64,000 nucleotides of DNA from Escherichia coli (GCF_003018235.1 NZ_CP027438.1), one strand, 5' to 3'. Counted from the stretch's first letter, positions 48,562 through 61,523 are shown. The notes: generated by a model from the sequence alone, not told the origin. Numbers and translations: made by a program.

Positions 48562-48753
48562 TCACCTGTTTCTGCTGCCCTGAAGGATGTAGTGACCACC
48601 GAGGAAAACCGCCTGCTGATTCGCCACAAAATCGCAGATTTCATCAACAATCTGTGCGGTGGTGAGCGGTTTCTGTCCCATTTCACGACGCCACGCATTA
48701 ATCACGGCTTTGTAATTGCGCAGAATTTCGCGGGTTTCCGTGCTGATATTCAT
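48562..48753 (-). CDS. Hypothetical small protein (63 aa), translationally coupled to the upstream ORF
   Basis: ATGA overlap with ORF 48750-49172. Confidence 0.25.
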   Translation of the reverse strand: MNISTETREILRNYKAVINAWRREMGQKPLTTAQIVDEICDFVANQQAVFLGGHYILQGSRNR

Positions 48754-49172
48754 GACATGTGCTCCCCGTCCAGCGCCTGTAACACAACGTTTATTGCTTC
48801 GCGTTCCTCCCTGACGAATGCGTCACCGTCGCCCCCGTTCTCACTCCCGACGGCATACAGGCGCTTCATTTCACTGCCTGCCAGCGCCATCACTTTTTCC
48901 AGCATCACCGCCGGGACTGTCACCTGACGGCTGGCGCGCTTTTCCTCCATCAGTTCACGAACAACGTCGTGAACAATGCTGACATCCGCACCATGCTCAA
49001 AGGCATCGTCCAGCCGCTGCATGACGGCTTCCAGCTCATCGTCTGTCAGACTCCAGTCCTGGGCTATGTGACGCACATCCCCACGTGTCAGCACCACGGC
49101 AAAAACGCATTCACTGTCCGGCACGTCTGTATCCAGCACTTCGCGGATAATTTCTTTAACAGTACAGTACAT
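48750..49172 (-). CDS. Hypothetical acidic protein (140 aa)
   Basis: ORF with balanced composition; no recognisable family. Confidence 0.3.
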   Translation of the reverse strand: MYCTVKEIIREVLDTDVPDSECVFAVVLTRGDVRHIAQDWSLTDDELEAVMQRLDDAFEHGADVSIVHDVVRELMEEKRASRQVTVPAVMLEKVMALAGSEMKRLYAVGSENGGDGDAFVREEREAINVVLQALDGEHMS

Positions 49173-49218
49173 GTTCTCGTCTCCTTTACAGGGGCGGCAT
49201 TGCCGCCCCGTCCGTTAA

Positions 49219-49644
49219 TCAGTCCAGTGCCGCGTAAATCGCGTTACATTCGGGGTGAAATTCGATGTGACGCCACAACTGCGCATCGCGCATCCGGTAA
49301 AGCTGGGTCAGTCCTGCATCCCCGCTGTCGTGGTACAACCACAACTGGCGGTTAATCACAAGGGAAGTCAGAATGATGCCTGCGGCATCGGCGCTGACCG
49401 TGCGGTCAAACCAGTTTTCACCGTTGACCATGTGGAAACGGTCGCCATCCGGCATCATGTAACCGCCACCGTCCGGCAGGCGGATGAAGTGCCAGAAGCC
49501 TCCCTGATATTCCGGCATCATTTTTTGCGCCAGCGCGTACACATACGCCTCGGCATACAGAAAATCGTTGCCAAACAGATACGGTAGAAAGGAGAGACGG
49601 TCGCACTCTTCAACGTTCAGAGTGACAGGTTTCGCATACTGCAT
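49219..49644 (-). CDS. klcA: Antirestriction protein, ArdB/KlcA family
   Basis: 141 aa with ArdB/KlcA-like motifs ([40 protein letters not shown]). Confidence 0.55.
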   Translation of the reverse strand: MQYAKPVTLNVEECDRLSFLPYLFGNDFLYAEAYVYALAQKMMPEYQGGFWHFIRLPDGGGYMMPDGDRFHMVNGENWFDRTVSADAAGIILTSLVINRQLWLYHDSGDAGLTQLYRMRDAQLWRHIEFHPECNAIYAALD

Positions 49645-50111
49645 GATGTTTTCCTCCGTTGTTCACATATTCCGCGACACCGGGCGGTGCCGTGCCTCCA
49701 TAAAAGCCGGGCGATAAGGCGGGGATGCACCGGGCGCAAGGGAAGCCGCAGCCTGACGCACACGGCTGGCGGGAGTTGGAGGGTGAGACCGCGAAATCTG
49801 AGCGGGTGAACGACCGGAAAATCACGGCAGACGGGAAGGAGGGACCGGGTGACCGCAGCGGCGAAGCGTACCCTTGCATCCCTGCCAGCCCGGCTAAGAT
49901 GGAGGCACGGCACAGCCCGCACACGACACGGCGGCCACATAACTGAAAACCCACAAGGCCATGCCCTGCATGGCCGGGTAAAGCGGAGCCGGCGGCGACT
50001 TCCTTTGTGCTCTGTCCGGGGACCGGCAGGAAAAAGGCGGGGATTTTCCCCGCCATCATCATCCTTTGTCGGAAAAGAAACGGGCGGTTGCCCACCCGTC
50101 TCCGTCATACT

Positions 50112-51038
50112 TCATCCGCCATAATGCGCCACATTGTCGACTATCCACGCAGGTCCGGTGACTTCCGGCAGCTCATCGTCATCTGTCGGGGAAGACCATT
50201 CCAGTTCCCCCAACAGCACATCGACGAGCTCTCCGCGCTCATACAACTGCCAGCCACAGAAATCACAGCCCTGTTCGGCATACCAGTGCTCCAGCGTGCA
50301 GCTGAAACGGCGGCTTAATTCTGCAATAACGTCGCTTTCCGGCTGACACCACGGCGTGTCGAAATCAACCTGAATGAAGTTGTCTCCCTGACTGCTGATA
50401 TTCAGGTCATACCCACAAGGCCACTTCACGCCATACCGTTCTGTATACCAGTGATATGCAGAAGGAACACCGTTCAGAACACCACCGTTAAAGCCGTTCA
50501 CTTCAACATCCAGGCGGGTCGGCAGAACCGTCAGCAGGTCAAACGGCATGGTTTTTTCCGGCACTACGTTGTCACACAGGCGGTTCCACCACACCGATAC
50601 ATCCTCGTTACTCCAGAAGTCACACCAGTCACCTCTTTTTGCGGTGAAAAGTGCGGTGATGGTATCCCTGACATCGTCCAGTAATCCTTCCCAGCGACGT
50701 TGTCCAGTACCGCTCTGCAGCCAGAGTTCATGCAGCATCAGGCAGTTTTGCTCATCCAGCAGTACACCGTCCTGCAGGTATGTCAGCCAGCGGGTGAACG
50801 CGATATTCTCCGGCGATACAACGCCACGCCCGGCAGCCGTCAGTCCGGGGCATGGTTCAAACCGCACATCTTCAGTGGTCTGCAGAAGTCCGGCACTTCC
50901 GGCCAGAAACAGCTGAATACCTTCATTTGTGGCGCGGCGATAAAGCGGTGTGACTGCACCGCTGGCCAGTCGTTTAATCTCAGCGATCTGTGCCGGTTCA
51001 CCAGAAAAATACATACGATTCGAGCACCAGTTTGGCAT
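50112..51038 (-). CDS. Conserved hypothetical leading-region protein (about 308 aa, Cys/Trp-rich)
   Basis: ORF starting MPNWCSNRMYFSGEP...; no confident family assignment. Confidence 0.35.
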   Translation of the reverse strand: MPNWCSNRMYFSGEPAQIAEIKRLASGAVTPLYRRATNEGIQLFLAGSAGLLQTTEDVRFEPCPGLTAAGRGVVSPENIAFTRWLTYLQDGVLLDEQNCLMLHELWLQSGTGQRRWEGLLDDVRDTITALFTAKRGDWCDFWSNEDVSVWWNRLCDNVVPEKTMPFDLLTVLPTRLDVEVNGFNGGVLNGVPSAYHWYTERYGVKWPCGYDLNISSQGDNFIQVDFDTPWCQPESDVIAELSRRFSCTLEHWYAEQGCDFCGWQLYERGELVDVLLGELEWSSPTDDDELPEVTGPAWIVDNVAHYGG

Positions 51039-51431
51039 GGGAATTCTCCTCTCACATGCGGCCTCCATCAGGCCGTGCCGCACCTGTAACCGGGCGACCG
51101 CATACGAATGCAGGTGCGGCCCCGAAGCCGCTGCGCGTGGAGGAGGAACGACGAAACGTGACCGGGTGAGGATGCCGGCGACAGCGACACACTTGCATCG
51201 GATGCAGCCCGGTTAACGTGTCGGCACGGCCTGGGTAACCAGGTATTTTGTCCACAGAACAGTGCACAAAATGCTGTGGATAAGCTGGACACAGCACTCC
51301 ACAGCAGGCATACAGCCACACACTCAGAGAATTGAACATTTTTTAGTCACAATAATGGCATTTGACTGTGTGTGGATTCAGTTATTAGAGTACTGTATAT
51401 ACACACAGTAAAAGAAAAGGGAGATGAGAAC

Positions 51432-51611
51432 ATGCTCCGCATTGAAATTCTTTTCGACCGCCAGAGCACAAAAAACCTCAAATCAGGCACACTTCAGGCG
51501 CTACAGAATGAAATCGAACAACGTCTGAAACCACACTACCCGGAAATCTGGCTGCATATGTGGGAATCCCCGTCCTTCAGAGCGGGGAGCTGTCAACCAG
51601 CACTCCATTGA
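51432..51611 (+). CDS. DinI-like small protein (putative; C-terminus diverges)
   Basis: SD GGGAG upstream of ATG 51432; N-terminus MLRIEILFDRQ...GTLQALQNEIEQRL is DinI-like. Confidence 0.3.
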   Translation: MLRIEILFDRQSTKNLKSGTLQALQNEIEQRLKPHYPEIWLHMWESPSFRAGSCQPALH

Positions 51612-51694
51612 CTCAAATGGCGGGAAACGCGGAAATCTAAAAATTAAGCCGCACACCCCGCGAAATTTTGCAGGTTTCACGGAGCGAGACTTTT

Positions 51695-52087
51695 TTAGAT
51701 CAGGTTTTGCATCTTCACCCTAGCCGCTTTCAGACGGGCCTGTTCACCGTCATCCTGAGAGTATTCTGGTGAAACTGTACTCTGAAGCCCTCCCAACGCC
51801 TTCAGTACCTCTTTTAAATCACCGGAGGAGGGTTTCCAGCCTGTTATCCTGGCAATCTGACTAATGACCTCATCCGCATTCAGTTCTCTGGTGAATAGCG
51901 CGGTTAACACGGCGGGAATTCGCTCATCAAGCTGATGCATTATCAGGCCGGTTATCAAAGCCTGCCGATATAACTCCCCCCGTTTTTTCCGGGGAACAGT
52001 TTCGATTTCAGCCAGTGCAAGACAATCGGCAGAGTCCTCCGGGTGAAGGTAGAGTGAAAGTTTTTTCCTTTCTTCGCCGTCGTACAT
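51695..52087 (-). CDS. parR: ParR/StbB-like centromere-binding adaptor (type II partition)
   Basis: 130-aa gene immediately downstream of parM. Confidence 0.6.
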   Translation of the reverse strand: MYDGEERKKLSLYLHPEDSADCLALAEIETVPRKKRGELYRQALITGLIMHQLDERIPAVLTALFTRELNADEVISQIARITGWKPSSGDLKEVLKALGGLQSTVSPEYSQDDGEQARLKAARVKMQNLI

Positions 52088-52090
52088 CGA

Positions 52091-53065
52091 TTACTCCTCC
52101 GCTTTGAAGCGTGCAATAGCCTGGACCAGCGCTGTCTGAGGTTCATCCATAAGAACCACCTTTTCGCCAAGGTGGTTCCATGCCTTACGAACAGCATCAG
52201 CAATGAGTGCTGCCCCGCCACCGACAATATATACGCGGTTTACGTTTCGATACTGCAGCAAATCATCAACAACTAGCTCGCCCAGTTTATTTATCGCTGT
52301 ATCAATGGTATCCAGCACCAGATTTAGTTTAGAGACCTCATTTACAACCTGCCCCACAAAATCCAGGTTCTTCCTGTTTTTGATCAACTCGTCAGCAATC
52401 ATTGGACTGGTATCACTGCTGGCCATTTTCAGTGCAGTGAGCGTGGCTTTCGTGACCATTGATACACCAATATCAGGATTACCATGTACTGCCGAAACAT
52501 CCTCAAACTGGCCAACAATAACCCCGACATCCAGAGTTGTACCACCGAGATCGATAACCAATGATTTTTCGTACTGACCAACATTGTCAGCAACTAGGCG
52601 AGTAAATACAGCCGGGAGTGATTCAGGCATCACTTCAACGCTTTTAATGGTAAAAGTTCCCCCTTTGTTCAGGGTGACTTCCCGCATCAGGTTGCGAATT
52701 TTTCTCTCAATGTTAAGCGTATTTTTCTGGCAGTCGGCCGTGTAAAACTCGCTGATAGGTAACGTAACAGTGAGATCGATCTCCTGGGGTTCAATTCCAC
52801 TGTTCAGTAATGCGTGGTGAACTGCCAACACATTTGTATCAGAGTACTGATACTCAATATGAGTCGTGCTGATCGCATCTTCGCTGACCGGGTCGTAGGT
52901 ATATTTACGGCCATCAAGCAGATAGTTATAGGTACGACTGCTGCCTAAGCCCTCGACTTTCCAGTTATGGCGAAAAGAGTTCACTGATACCGCACTTTTC
53001 AGCGTCTTGCCTTCAAACCAGGCAAGTTTCACATTTGTAGAACCATCATCGCAAAAAATTTTCAT
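52091..53065 (-). CDS. parM: ParM/StbA actin-like segregation ATPase
   Basis: Start MKIFCDDGSTNVKLAW (actin-fold phosphate-1 motif), later LVIDLGGTTLDV and IVGGGA motifs. Confidence 0.8.
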   Translation of the reverse strand: MKIFCDDGSTNVKLAWFEGKTLKSAVSVNSFRHNWKVEGLGSSRTYNYLLDGRKYTYDPVSEDAISTTHIEYQYSDTNVLAVHHALLNSGIEPQEIDLTVTLPISEFYTADCQKNTLNIERKIRNLMREVTLNKGGTFTIKSVEVMPESLPAVFTRLVADNVGQYEKSLVIDLGGTTLDVGVIVGQFEDVSAVHGNPDIGVSMVTKATLTALKMASSDTSPMIADELIKNRKNLDFVGQVVNEVSKLNLVLDTIDTAINKLGELVVDDLLQYRNVNRVYIVGGGAALIADAVRKAWNHLGEKVVLMDEPQTALVQAIARFKAEE

Positions 53066-53199
53066 ACCATCTCCATTTATACTCAATTTGAGTGTTCATC
53101 TTCGCCCAATAACTACTCACATTAAGTAAATATGTTCATAAACCACAGGTAAGTACTCAAACTGCGTACTTCACGGGGGCAGTTAACTACTCAATTTGA

Positions 53200-53300
53200 G
53201 CATTATATCATTTATCTTGCAGCAATCTAGCATTTATCTAGCATAAATCTTGCTGCAAGATTCCACACAAAAAAAGAATGCAGCAAGATTGCTGCATCCC
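53200..53300. repeat. Centromere-like repeats (parC-type) between parB and parM
   Basis: Several copies of CTTGCAGCAA / TGCAGCAAGATT in both orientations, plus ACTCAA-containing repeats upstream of parM. Confidence 0.5.
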
Positions 53301-53303
53301 GGA

Positions 53304-53678
53304 TTAATAGCTCTGTTTTTCCTTATATGCCTCAACTGCTTTTTCCAGAACTTCCACTAGTTTCAACCCCTCACGCTCTGCGATATCCCGGATCTCTTGG
53401 TCGAAAGCAGGTGTGACACGTGTTGCAAATGCCAGCGTCCTGTTTGTCTTTCTGGCAGAACGGCCATCGCGGCGGGTATATGCCTCGGTCACTGTTTGCG
53501 TAACCACAGGCTCATGGTGCACTGGCGATGAGTCTGCCTGTTGTCTCTGAATATCAGTGGCAGCGACAGCCGGAGCTATCTCAGGCGCATTCAGGCTGGT
53601 AGCCACTTCGTCGGGGCCCGGGGGTACCCCCAGCCCACCACGGGTCCTTTTAGTCTTAAGTTTTGATGCATCAGCCAT
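53304..53678 (-). CDS. parB: Small ParB/ParG-like centromere-binding protein (probable RHH)
   Basis: 124 aa, disordered basic N-terminus, C-terminal RHH-like segment; follows parA. Confidence 0.55.
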   Translation of the reverse strand: MADASKLKTKRTRGGLGVPPGPDEVATSLNAPEIAPAVAATDIQRQQADSSPVHHEPVVTQTVTEAYTRRDGRSARKTNRTLAFATRVTPAFDQEIRDIAEREGLKLVEVLEKAVEAYKEKQSY

Positions 53679-54310
53679 TACTCTTCTCCAATCTTATCGA
53701 TGAGTGCCTGGATAAGTTCATCAGCTCTCTCGTTTAAACCTTTATAACGTGTTTCTGTCACTGCGAGTCCTGAATTCATCGCTTTTCTGTATGCTGGCTT
53801 CTCAAAAAGGCATCCAGATAAAGTTTCATAACCTGCTTCACTGATATATGCACGAGCATCCAGCTCTTCCGCTTCGGTACCTACTCTGCTTAAAGCGAAG
53901 ACCAGTTTTGAACGTGGTACACCTTCTTTTACCAGCGCGTTGAAAACTTTAATGGCCGGGACAAGATCGTCAAGGGAGGCCCCCGTTGGCTGGACGATAA
54001 GGTCGGCGACCTTAGCAATTTCTGAAGTCCCTTTGCTTGCACGAGCTGGGCCATCAAGAATCAGAAGGTCAAAATCGCCGGCAGATTCTATCGCCTGCTT
54101 TGCTGTTGAAAACACTTCAACTGAAGCAACCGGTGGCAAACCAGCTGACAGACGTCGACGATGCCACTCAGCACTCGTTGCCTGTTCCAGGTCGAGATCA
54201 GCTAATTTTGTTTTGATGCCACAGGCGGATGCTTCACGCGCTAACGCTCTCGCTTTAGTGCTTTTGCCCACACCACCTTTCTGGGAAATAAAACCAACTA
54301 TCCAGGCCAT
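53678..54310 (-). CDS. parA: ParA-family Walker-type partition ATPase (type Ib)
   Basis: Deviant Walker A KGGVGKST; 210 aa. Confidence 0.8.
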   Translation of the reverse strand: MAWIVGFISQKGGVGKSTKARALAREASACGIKTKLADLDLEQATSAEWHRRRLSAGLPPVASVEVFSTAKQAIESAGDFDLLILDGPARASKGTSEIAKVADLIVQPTGASLDDLVPAIKVFNALVKEGVPRSKLVFALSRVGTEAEELDARAYISEAGYETLSGCLFEKPAYRKAMNSGLAVTETRYKGLNERADELIQALIDKIGEE

Positions 54311-54319
54311 TTAGCCTCC

Positions 54320-54740
54320 TTTACTTGCTGCTATCTTGCAGCAAACATAGATATAAACCAAGTTGAGGTTAGGTAAAATAACTCTTCCAGAACAAGATAA
54401 CAGCTTGCAGCAAGATTACAACAATCAAAAATCTAGCAGCAAGATTTAATCTTGCTATTCAGAAGAGTGCTGGAATTGACTGCCGAATACTTGTGTCACG
54501 TTAACAATAATAAAAGCTGCAAGCTTTATGCAATCTTGCAGCAACAATAAAAGAAAACTCATTCAGAATTGCATCGACAGATGCAGCAAGATTGCCACAA
54601 GCATGCACACAGCAAAACATGAGCTGAGCGCTATGCTATACCACCAGAAAATGATTGTCTGGAAACTAAGTCACTATAAGTCCCGGCATCTACAGGCAGC
54701 ATGATATAAGCAATCTATTTTATTGCAGCTATCATGCTGA
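54320..54740. repeat. Centromere-like repeat array upstream of parA
   Basis: At least six copies of TTGCAGCAAGAT-type motifs in both orientations. Confidence 0.5.
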
Positions 54741-54964
54741 AAGATTGCTGTTAGAATCAGGCAGCGCTCGCCGCAGCCATGTAACCGAGCGTAGCGAGCG
54801 AACTGGCGAGGAAGCGAAGAGGTATCGTTCCTGCAGATAGCTCTTACGCTCAACACAAGAATATTTTTCCATCCTCTGTGGGAAACAGGTCAACGTCGTG
54901 GACGGCCTGATCTGCGGGAAACACCACAAGTATAGGCGCACACGGATAGCCTGTTCAGGGCAAT

Positions 54965-55065
54965 AAGTGTGACAATCTACCCTCATGTATAGTGACAAAT
55001 CACCCTCAACCTGCCGGATCAAATGTGACGAACCACCCTCAAATCTGTGACAGATAACCCTCAAA
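54965..55065. repeat. incC: RepFIA incC-type iterons downstream of repE
   Basis: Four direct repeats GTGACA-N4-ACCCTCA at about 54967, 54992, 55025 and 55046. Confidence 0.65.
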
Positions 55066-56125
<1,060 letters not shown>

Positions 56126-56196
56126 TAGGTAAGGAGATTTTTCAGGCATAGAGCGTAAGCGGAATATATAAGTACTGTTCCCTGGTGCTTCCTCGC

Positions 56197-56560
56197 TCAC
56201 TCGGGGCTTCGCCCTGTCGCTCGGCTGCGGCGAGCACTGCTGGCTCGATCATATCCGTAACCAAAAGTACGCCGCACTGGGTAAAATACGGCATATCCAG
56301 ACATTTTACTAAGCAATTTGAATTCAGCAGACCTCATCGGCGAGCAGGACCTTAAGCGGTATACCGGCATACAGCATGTGCATCGCATAGGAATGTCGGA
56401 ACGTATGTGGCGTGACCGGGACGTAATGGAGCAGGGCACTTACCTCGGGAGCCAGCAGATATTTCGGCAGTTCATCATGGACCATCGACATCTGGCGGAT
56501 AATCAATGGCAACAGGAAGTTGTGCAGACTGTCCGACAGAATACACTGCCGGTACCATGA
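56197..56560 (-). pseudogene. resD: Tyrosine recombinase (resD-like) remnant
   Basis: Short minus-strand ORFs in two frames; one has the [21 protein letters not shown] box; far too short for a full resolvase and squeezed between ccdB and ori2. Confidence 0.5.
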
Positions 56561-56594
56561 CTGCAGACTGGCTGTGTATAACGGAGCCTGACAT

Positions 56595-57120
<526 letters not shown>

Positions 57121-57296
57121 AGCACACCTCTTTCTGACATACTTCTGGTATGTATATCAGTATATATTCTTATGTCGCAAAAATCAGCGCGTTAATACAC
57201 ATACTGTTATCTGGCTTTTAGTAAGCCTTATTTATTTTACCTTGCATTATGTTAACCAATAAAAATCAAAATCAGACTTATAAAAACAAAGCGTAA

Positions 57297-57956
57297 TTAT
57301 CGAAGGACCATTTCCGGTAGATCCGATTTTTCTGTTATTAACGTGTTTCCGGAAGGGTACCACGCTGAGGAAATAATCATATCGCTGTTTTCCGCCCCTG
57401 CGCGGCGCATCACAGGTAAGGGAAATAACACAACATATAGTGTCATGAGCAGATGAATGCAGCACGACATGTTGTACTTACAGGAGGTGGCGTAGTGTGG
57501 GGGGAGAGAAAGATCCGTGACTGTAAATGAATAGCGTCCCTGCATATTAATATGCCCGCACTGTAATAGTGACAGTTTCTCAACGTCTGAATCCAGGACC
57601 GGGTACCCCTCACGCCTGAGCTGCTGAATTGCTGCATCCATGTAAATAGTGTTCCACAGAACAATAATATTGAGCACCAGACCTAACGCTCCAAGTTGAT
57701 CTTCCTGGCCTTCACGGTAAGCCTGTCTCAGTTCTCCCCGCCTACCATGAAAGACGTTTCTGGCCACTGCATGGCGCCCCTCTCCACGGTTGAGTTGTTG
57801 CAACGTTCTCCGTCGTTTGTTTTCATCATCGAGATAAGTCAGCATATGGATAGTTTTATCGGCACGTCCTATTTCGGCTATAGCAGCATGAAGAGTTTCA
57901 GAAAATGACAGAGCGCGAGCAAGTACCTTTATTGAAATCGCCAGAATGATGTTCAT
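57297..57956 (-). pseudogene. tnpA: Tn3-family transposase, C-terminal fragment
   Basis: Motifs RHAVARNVFHGRRGELRQAYREGQEDQLGALGLVLN...WNTIYM and GHINMQGRYSF; N-terminal about 800 aa absent. Confidence 0.6.
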
Positions 57957-57982
57957 CGATAGGAATTAAAAAACCGGAAAGA

Positions 57983-58378
57983 TTAAAAAAACACCAAAAA
58001 ATGGGACCAGTACTGGCACGGAAACGTGAACACAATATGCTGCCACGGGCAGTCGGGGACCAGACTCAGCAGATACTGTATCCACTGTGCGCCGGCCTTC
58101 ACTCCGCAGTGCGGACAGGAACGGCTTTTACACCGGAAGCAGACCTTCTTTGTGTGGCAACAGCCCGGTGACGAACAGCACCATTGCGTGTAGCCCATCA
58201 GCGTGGTCCCACAGACCATGATTTTTGTCACTGACTCAATCACCTCCGGACGCACAGATCCTTCCGGCTGCTTCTCCAGCCAGTTAAGCCAGCGGTTACC
58301 CTGTTGAAAGATGTCTGCGAAACGGGGAAGCGTCAGATGGGGGGAGTAACGCCACCCGGCCAGTGAACTGTGCCGCAT
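57983..58378 (-). pseudogene. IS91-family transposase, N-terminal zinc-finger fragment
   Basis: Cys-rich motif CHTKKVCFRCKSRSCPHCG; ORF ends after 131 aa. Confidence 0.45.
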
Positions 58379-58630
58379 TCCGGGCAGTACATACCACCGG
58401 CGCTGATACCGGCAAGAATGGTTGCAAACTCTCGCTCCGTACAGCGGGCTATTTCCGGATACCCTTCGTCATTGACACGAACAAACCAGAAGACCAGATT
58501 TTTGTTTCCTGCATCCAGAAAGAACGGAATACCCAGGTCAGCGCAACACTCAACGGCATCGTCAAAATTATCAAAGCGCAAAACTTCAGCGTCTTCTTCG
58601 TCAAAAAAATCATCCGGATGAAGATAGGCA

Positions 58631-58924
58631 TTGCTTGGTCCGGTTGTGATTTGTTTTGATTTGGCCGTTGATCAGATCGCACAATCCGGACTAAGTTCCC
58701 TCAAAGTGATCTACTATTCCGCGCATCTATTTAGAGTGAATACAGCAGGCCTTATTCGCTCAATGTCCCGTAAAGGGTGTTTGTCCGATAATGCTGCGTA
58801 CGAAAGCTATTTCGGCAAACTCAAAATGAAATGCATTATGGGCGTAAATGGTCGGGCATTACGCCAGAAAAGTTCATGCTACATGCGGACACTTATATCT
58901 GATGGTATAAAGAGCGGCGTATAA
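58631..58924 (+). pseudogene. IS3-family transposase C-terminal fragment
   Basis: Motif SRKGCLSDNAAYESYFGKLK (compare RKGNCxDNAxxESFF). Confidence 0.45.
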
Positions 58925-59233
58925 AATTATCGCTGGGTGCAGTCAGCCCCGAAATGTACCGCCAACAACGTGGGCTGACATAATAAAACAGTCCAAGAAA
59001 GTACGCATCCCCATTCGTCTGATATCACTGGCGCTGGCAAAATCGTTCTGCTCAGGTTCAGGCTCTGACAAGAAGATACTGGGTCCGAATACCGTTATCA
59101 GATGAGTGAGCACTAACACTTAACGGCTGGTTTTAACGCTTTTTTCAATGCCCGATATCCAGAAGACTCAGGCCAGCAAACATCTGTTTAAGGCAGTGGT
59201 TCTCGTACTCAAGATATACGCATCCTATAATAA

Positions 59234-60043
59234 TTATTGACTAAATAAATCCATATATTTTTTAGGCGTTATGTTAAAGTTTCTTTTAAATACAGTAATA
59301 AAGTAAGAATAATTATCATAACCACACATTTGTGATATTCTCTGCACTGAAGCCCTTTTCTGTCGCAAGAATTTAGCTGCCGCGTTCATTCTTGCTGACA
59401 AGCAAATCTCCGAGAAGGTTGTATTTTCATATTGTAACTTTCTTTTTAGCGATGATGGACTAAAATATAGGTATTTAGCCATATCTTCAAGTGACCATTT
59501 TTTATCCAAGCTATTATATACAATATTGTATACTTTCTCCTTAAGAGTTGCCTCTGATGAACTTCTGATCACATAAGGTAATGAATTATTGGTAATAAAA
59601 TGTGAAAGAATATAATAGAATGAATAAATAATATCAGCTGAATGGAGGTCATTAAGCCTCTCTTGAGGTATATTTCCTACTTTACTCAAGATACTATTAT
59701 CATATGCTATGTCAACGGCTTTTATGACCCATTCATTTGCATTATCTGAAGTTCTTGCTTTACCTGTTTCTGATTTTATATCGTCAAATCCTTCGCAGAA
59801 TTTTTTTAAAACATAAGATGGTACAGGAATCAGTGAAAAAACAGGTTTTTCTTTTGATTTTACTGATGACAGACCTACCTTTATTCCTTTTTTTATAAAA
59901 TAAACACCCTCAGATATAGCATAGCAACATAAACTATCCATGTTGCATATAACAACGTTCCCTTGAGCCACATTAACTATAGTCGAATAGGCAACATAGT
60001 AGTTTTTAACCAAGTGTTTTTGTGTATGGGTATTTATATTCAT
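59234..60043 (-). CDS. AraC/XylS-family regulator (second Rns/AggR-like paralog)
   Basis: C-terminal double HTH (RISQMCGYDNYSYFITVFKRNFNITPKKY); AT-rich; divergent from a CexE/Aap-like gene. Confidence 0.75.
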   Translation of the reverse strand: MNINTHTQKHLVKNYYVAYSTIVNVAQGNVVICNMDSLCCYAISEGVYFIKKGIKVGLSSVKSKEKPVFSLIPVPSYVLKKFCEGFDDIKSETGKARTSDNANEWVIKAVDIAYDNSILSKVGNIPQERLNDLHSADIIYSFYYILSHFITNNSLPYVIRSSSEATLKEKVYNIVYNSLDKKWSLEDMAKYLYFSPSSLKRKLQYENTTFSEICLSARMNAAAKFLRQKRASVQRISQMCGYDNYSYFITVFKRNFNITPKKYMDLFSQ

Positions 60044-60977
60044 TCCATATACCTTATTGATATTTTTTTATCATTATTTCACGTAGCGATAACTTTTTCA
60101 TAAAACATACCTAAACACAAAATAAAAAGAGCTATATTTAAAATTATAATATTCTTGTTAACTCTGAATTGCGTATTCAATAACTACATTATTCTTTCTG
60201 AGAGAAAAACAACATTTTTTCGGTTTGATGGTTATTACTATCATTATAAGGTAAGGCTATTTTTATAATGGCACTTCATTTATTTTATGGTTATTTTTAA
60301 TAGGTTATCTACTGAAGATACCCCTTCCCCTCACACATAATAGGAACCTAGATAAAAAACCAGCAATAAACACCAGATTATCATGAACTGATTGATATGT
60401 TAATATCATAAATACACTAATGTCTACATTTAAATTTTTAATGCTTTTTTTTTGTGAATTTTTACTATTTATTTTTAGTGTGAAAATAAACATGATTTTA
60501 TAATAAAATTCTATGCTTAATCGATTATCTAACCAATATCAGAAATTTTTTTCGAATGATTACTAATGTGGAGCATCAAGCGTCCATTAATATTCGTTTT
60601 TTGTTTTTTTGTGTTTTGTGATGTTGGTCACATTTTTTATTTTATAACGTCCTGTCTGATACTGGGTCAAATCAACATATTAGATGACCTAGATAAGCAT
60701 TTATTCACGGATAGGGCCGCAGGCGTTTTTTAGTATTTCGTTCTCTCCGACAACGGTACCACATTTCGGTACATGTCATATGGACAATACGAAGCAAAAA
60801 AAGCAACTGAATTACGTAAGAATGGCTGGCTCACATTTGTCTCTCTGGAAAGGGGCTCTGAACACTCAATAAATGTTAATAACAGACCAATTAATCTTTA
60901 TTGTAATGCATCGCATTGATGTGACTTTTTTTTTGTATAGAATATTATTTTCTTTGTTTTATAAGGATATATTTATT

Positions 60978-61385
60978 ATGAAGAAAAAAATTCAATATTT
61001 TCCGTTTGCTCTTCTAATTGGTCTGAGTTTCAACTCCTTTGCAGGTTCGCATCAGCAACCTTGGACCCCAAGTATTCAGCCCAAAGACTGTATTGGCTTG
61101 AATTTTATATCGGGACAGTTTACAGCAGATACCAATATGGGAACTTTGTTTTTTAAAAACAGCAAACCAGAGTGTAAGGAGGTTATTGATAAGGGCTATG
61201 CCAGCGGTGTACACGGTATCGTTAAAGGCGATGTTGACTTCGATAAGTGGGGACCAACCATAAATTACGGCCTTCTAAACAATAGATTCAGCTATTATGT
61301 TTACCAGCATAGCCGTTACACGTTTCCAGCACCAATCAAGAAAGGAACTCAGCTTGAACTTGAATCTGCAGATTGGATTAGATGA
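60978..61385 (+). CDS. Small secreted protein, CexE/Aap (dispersin)-like, with Gly at mature position +1
   Basis: Signal peptide MKKKIQYFPFALLIGLSFNSFA then G-SHQQ; two Cys; paralogous to 62458-62823 (shared C-I-x-L, EC-[KR], GYA-x-GV motifs). Confidence 0.55.
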   Translation: MKKKIQYFPFALLIGLSFNSFAGSHQQPWTPSIQPKDCIGLNFISGQFTADTNMGTLFFKNSKPECKEVIDKGYASGVHGIVKGDVDFDKWGPTINYGLLNNRFSYYVYQHSRYTFPAPIKKGTQLELESADWIR

Positions 61386-61523
61386 TGCGAATAACGGCAC
61401 TGATCTTGTCTATCAGGAATTTTATTTAACATAATCTGTCTATATTATTACGTTTTCCTGTCAGATGGTTCTGGATATTTCAGGGGATCGCCTGACAGGT
61501 CATTCAGAACAACTAAACCGGTT

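Noticed and set aside
48073-48927. 284-aa plus-strand ORF and several overlapping ORFs on both strands in the GC-rich stretch
   Set aside because: Low-complexity Arg/Pro/Gly/Lys-rich translations, mutually overlapping in several frames, with no RBS or start context; more likely structured non-coding DNA
49610-50108. Two overlapping minus-strand ORFs of about 160 aa between the antirestriction gene and the 308-aa gene
   Set aside because: Both are Arg/Pro/Cys-rich low-complexity frames in a GC-rich intergenic segment and overlap each other; no start context
57297-57400. Tn3-family 38-bp terminal inverted repeat at the end of the tnpA fragment
   Set aside because: The sequence beyond the tnpA stop does not match the GGGG...ACGTTAAG pattern at the correct spacing, so no transposon end is called
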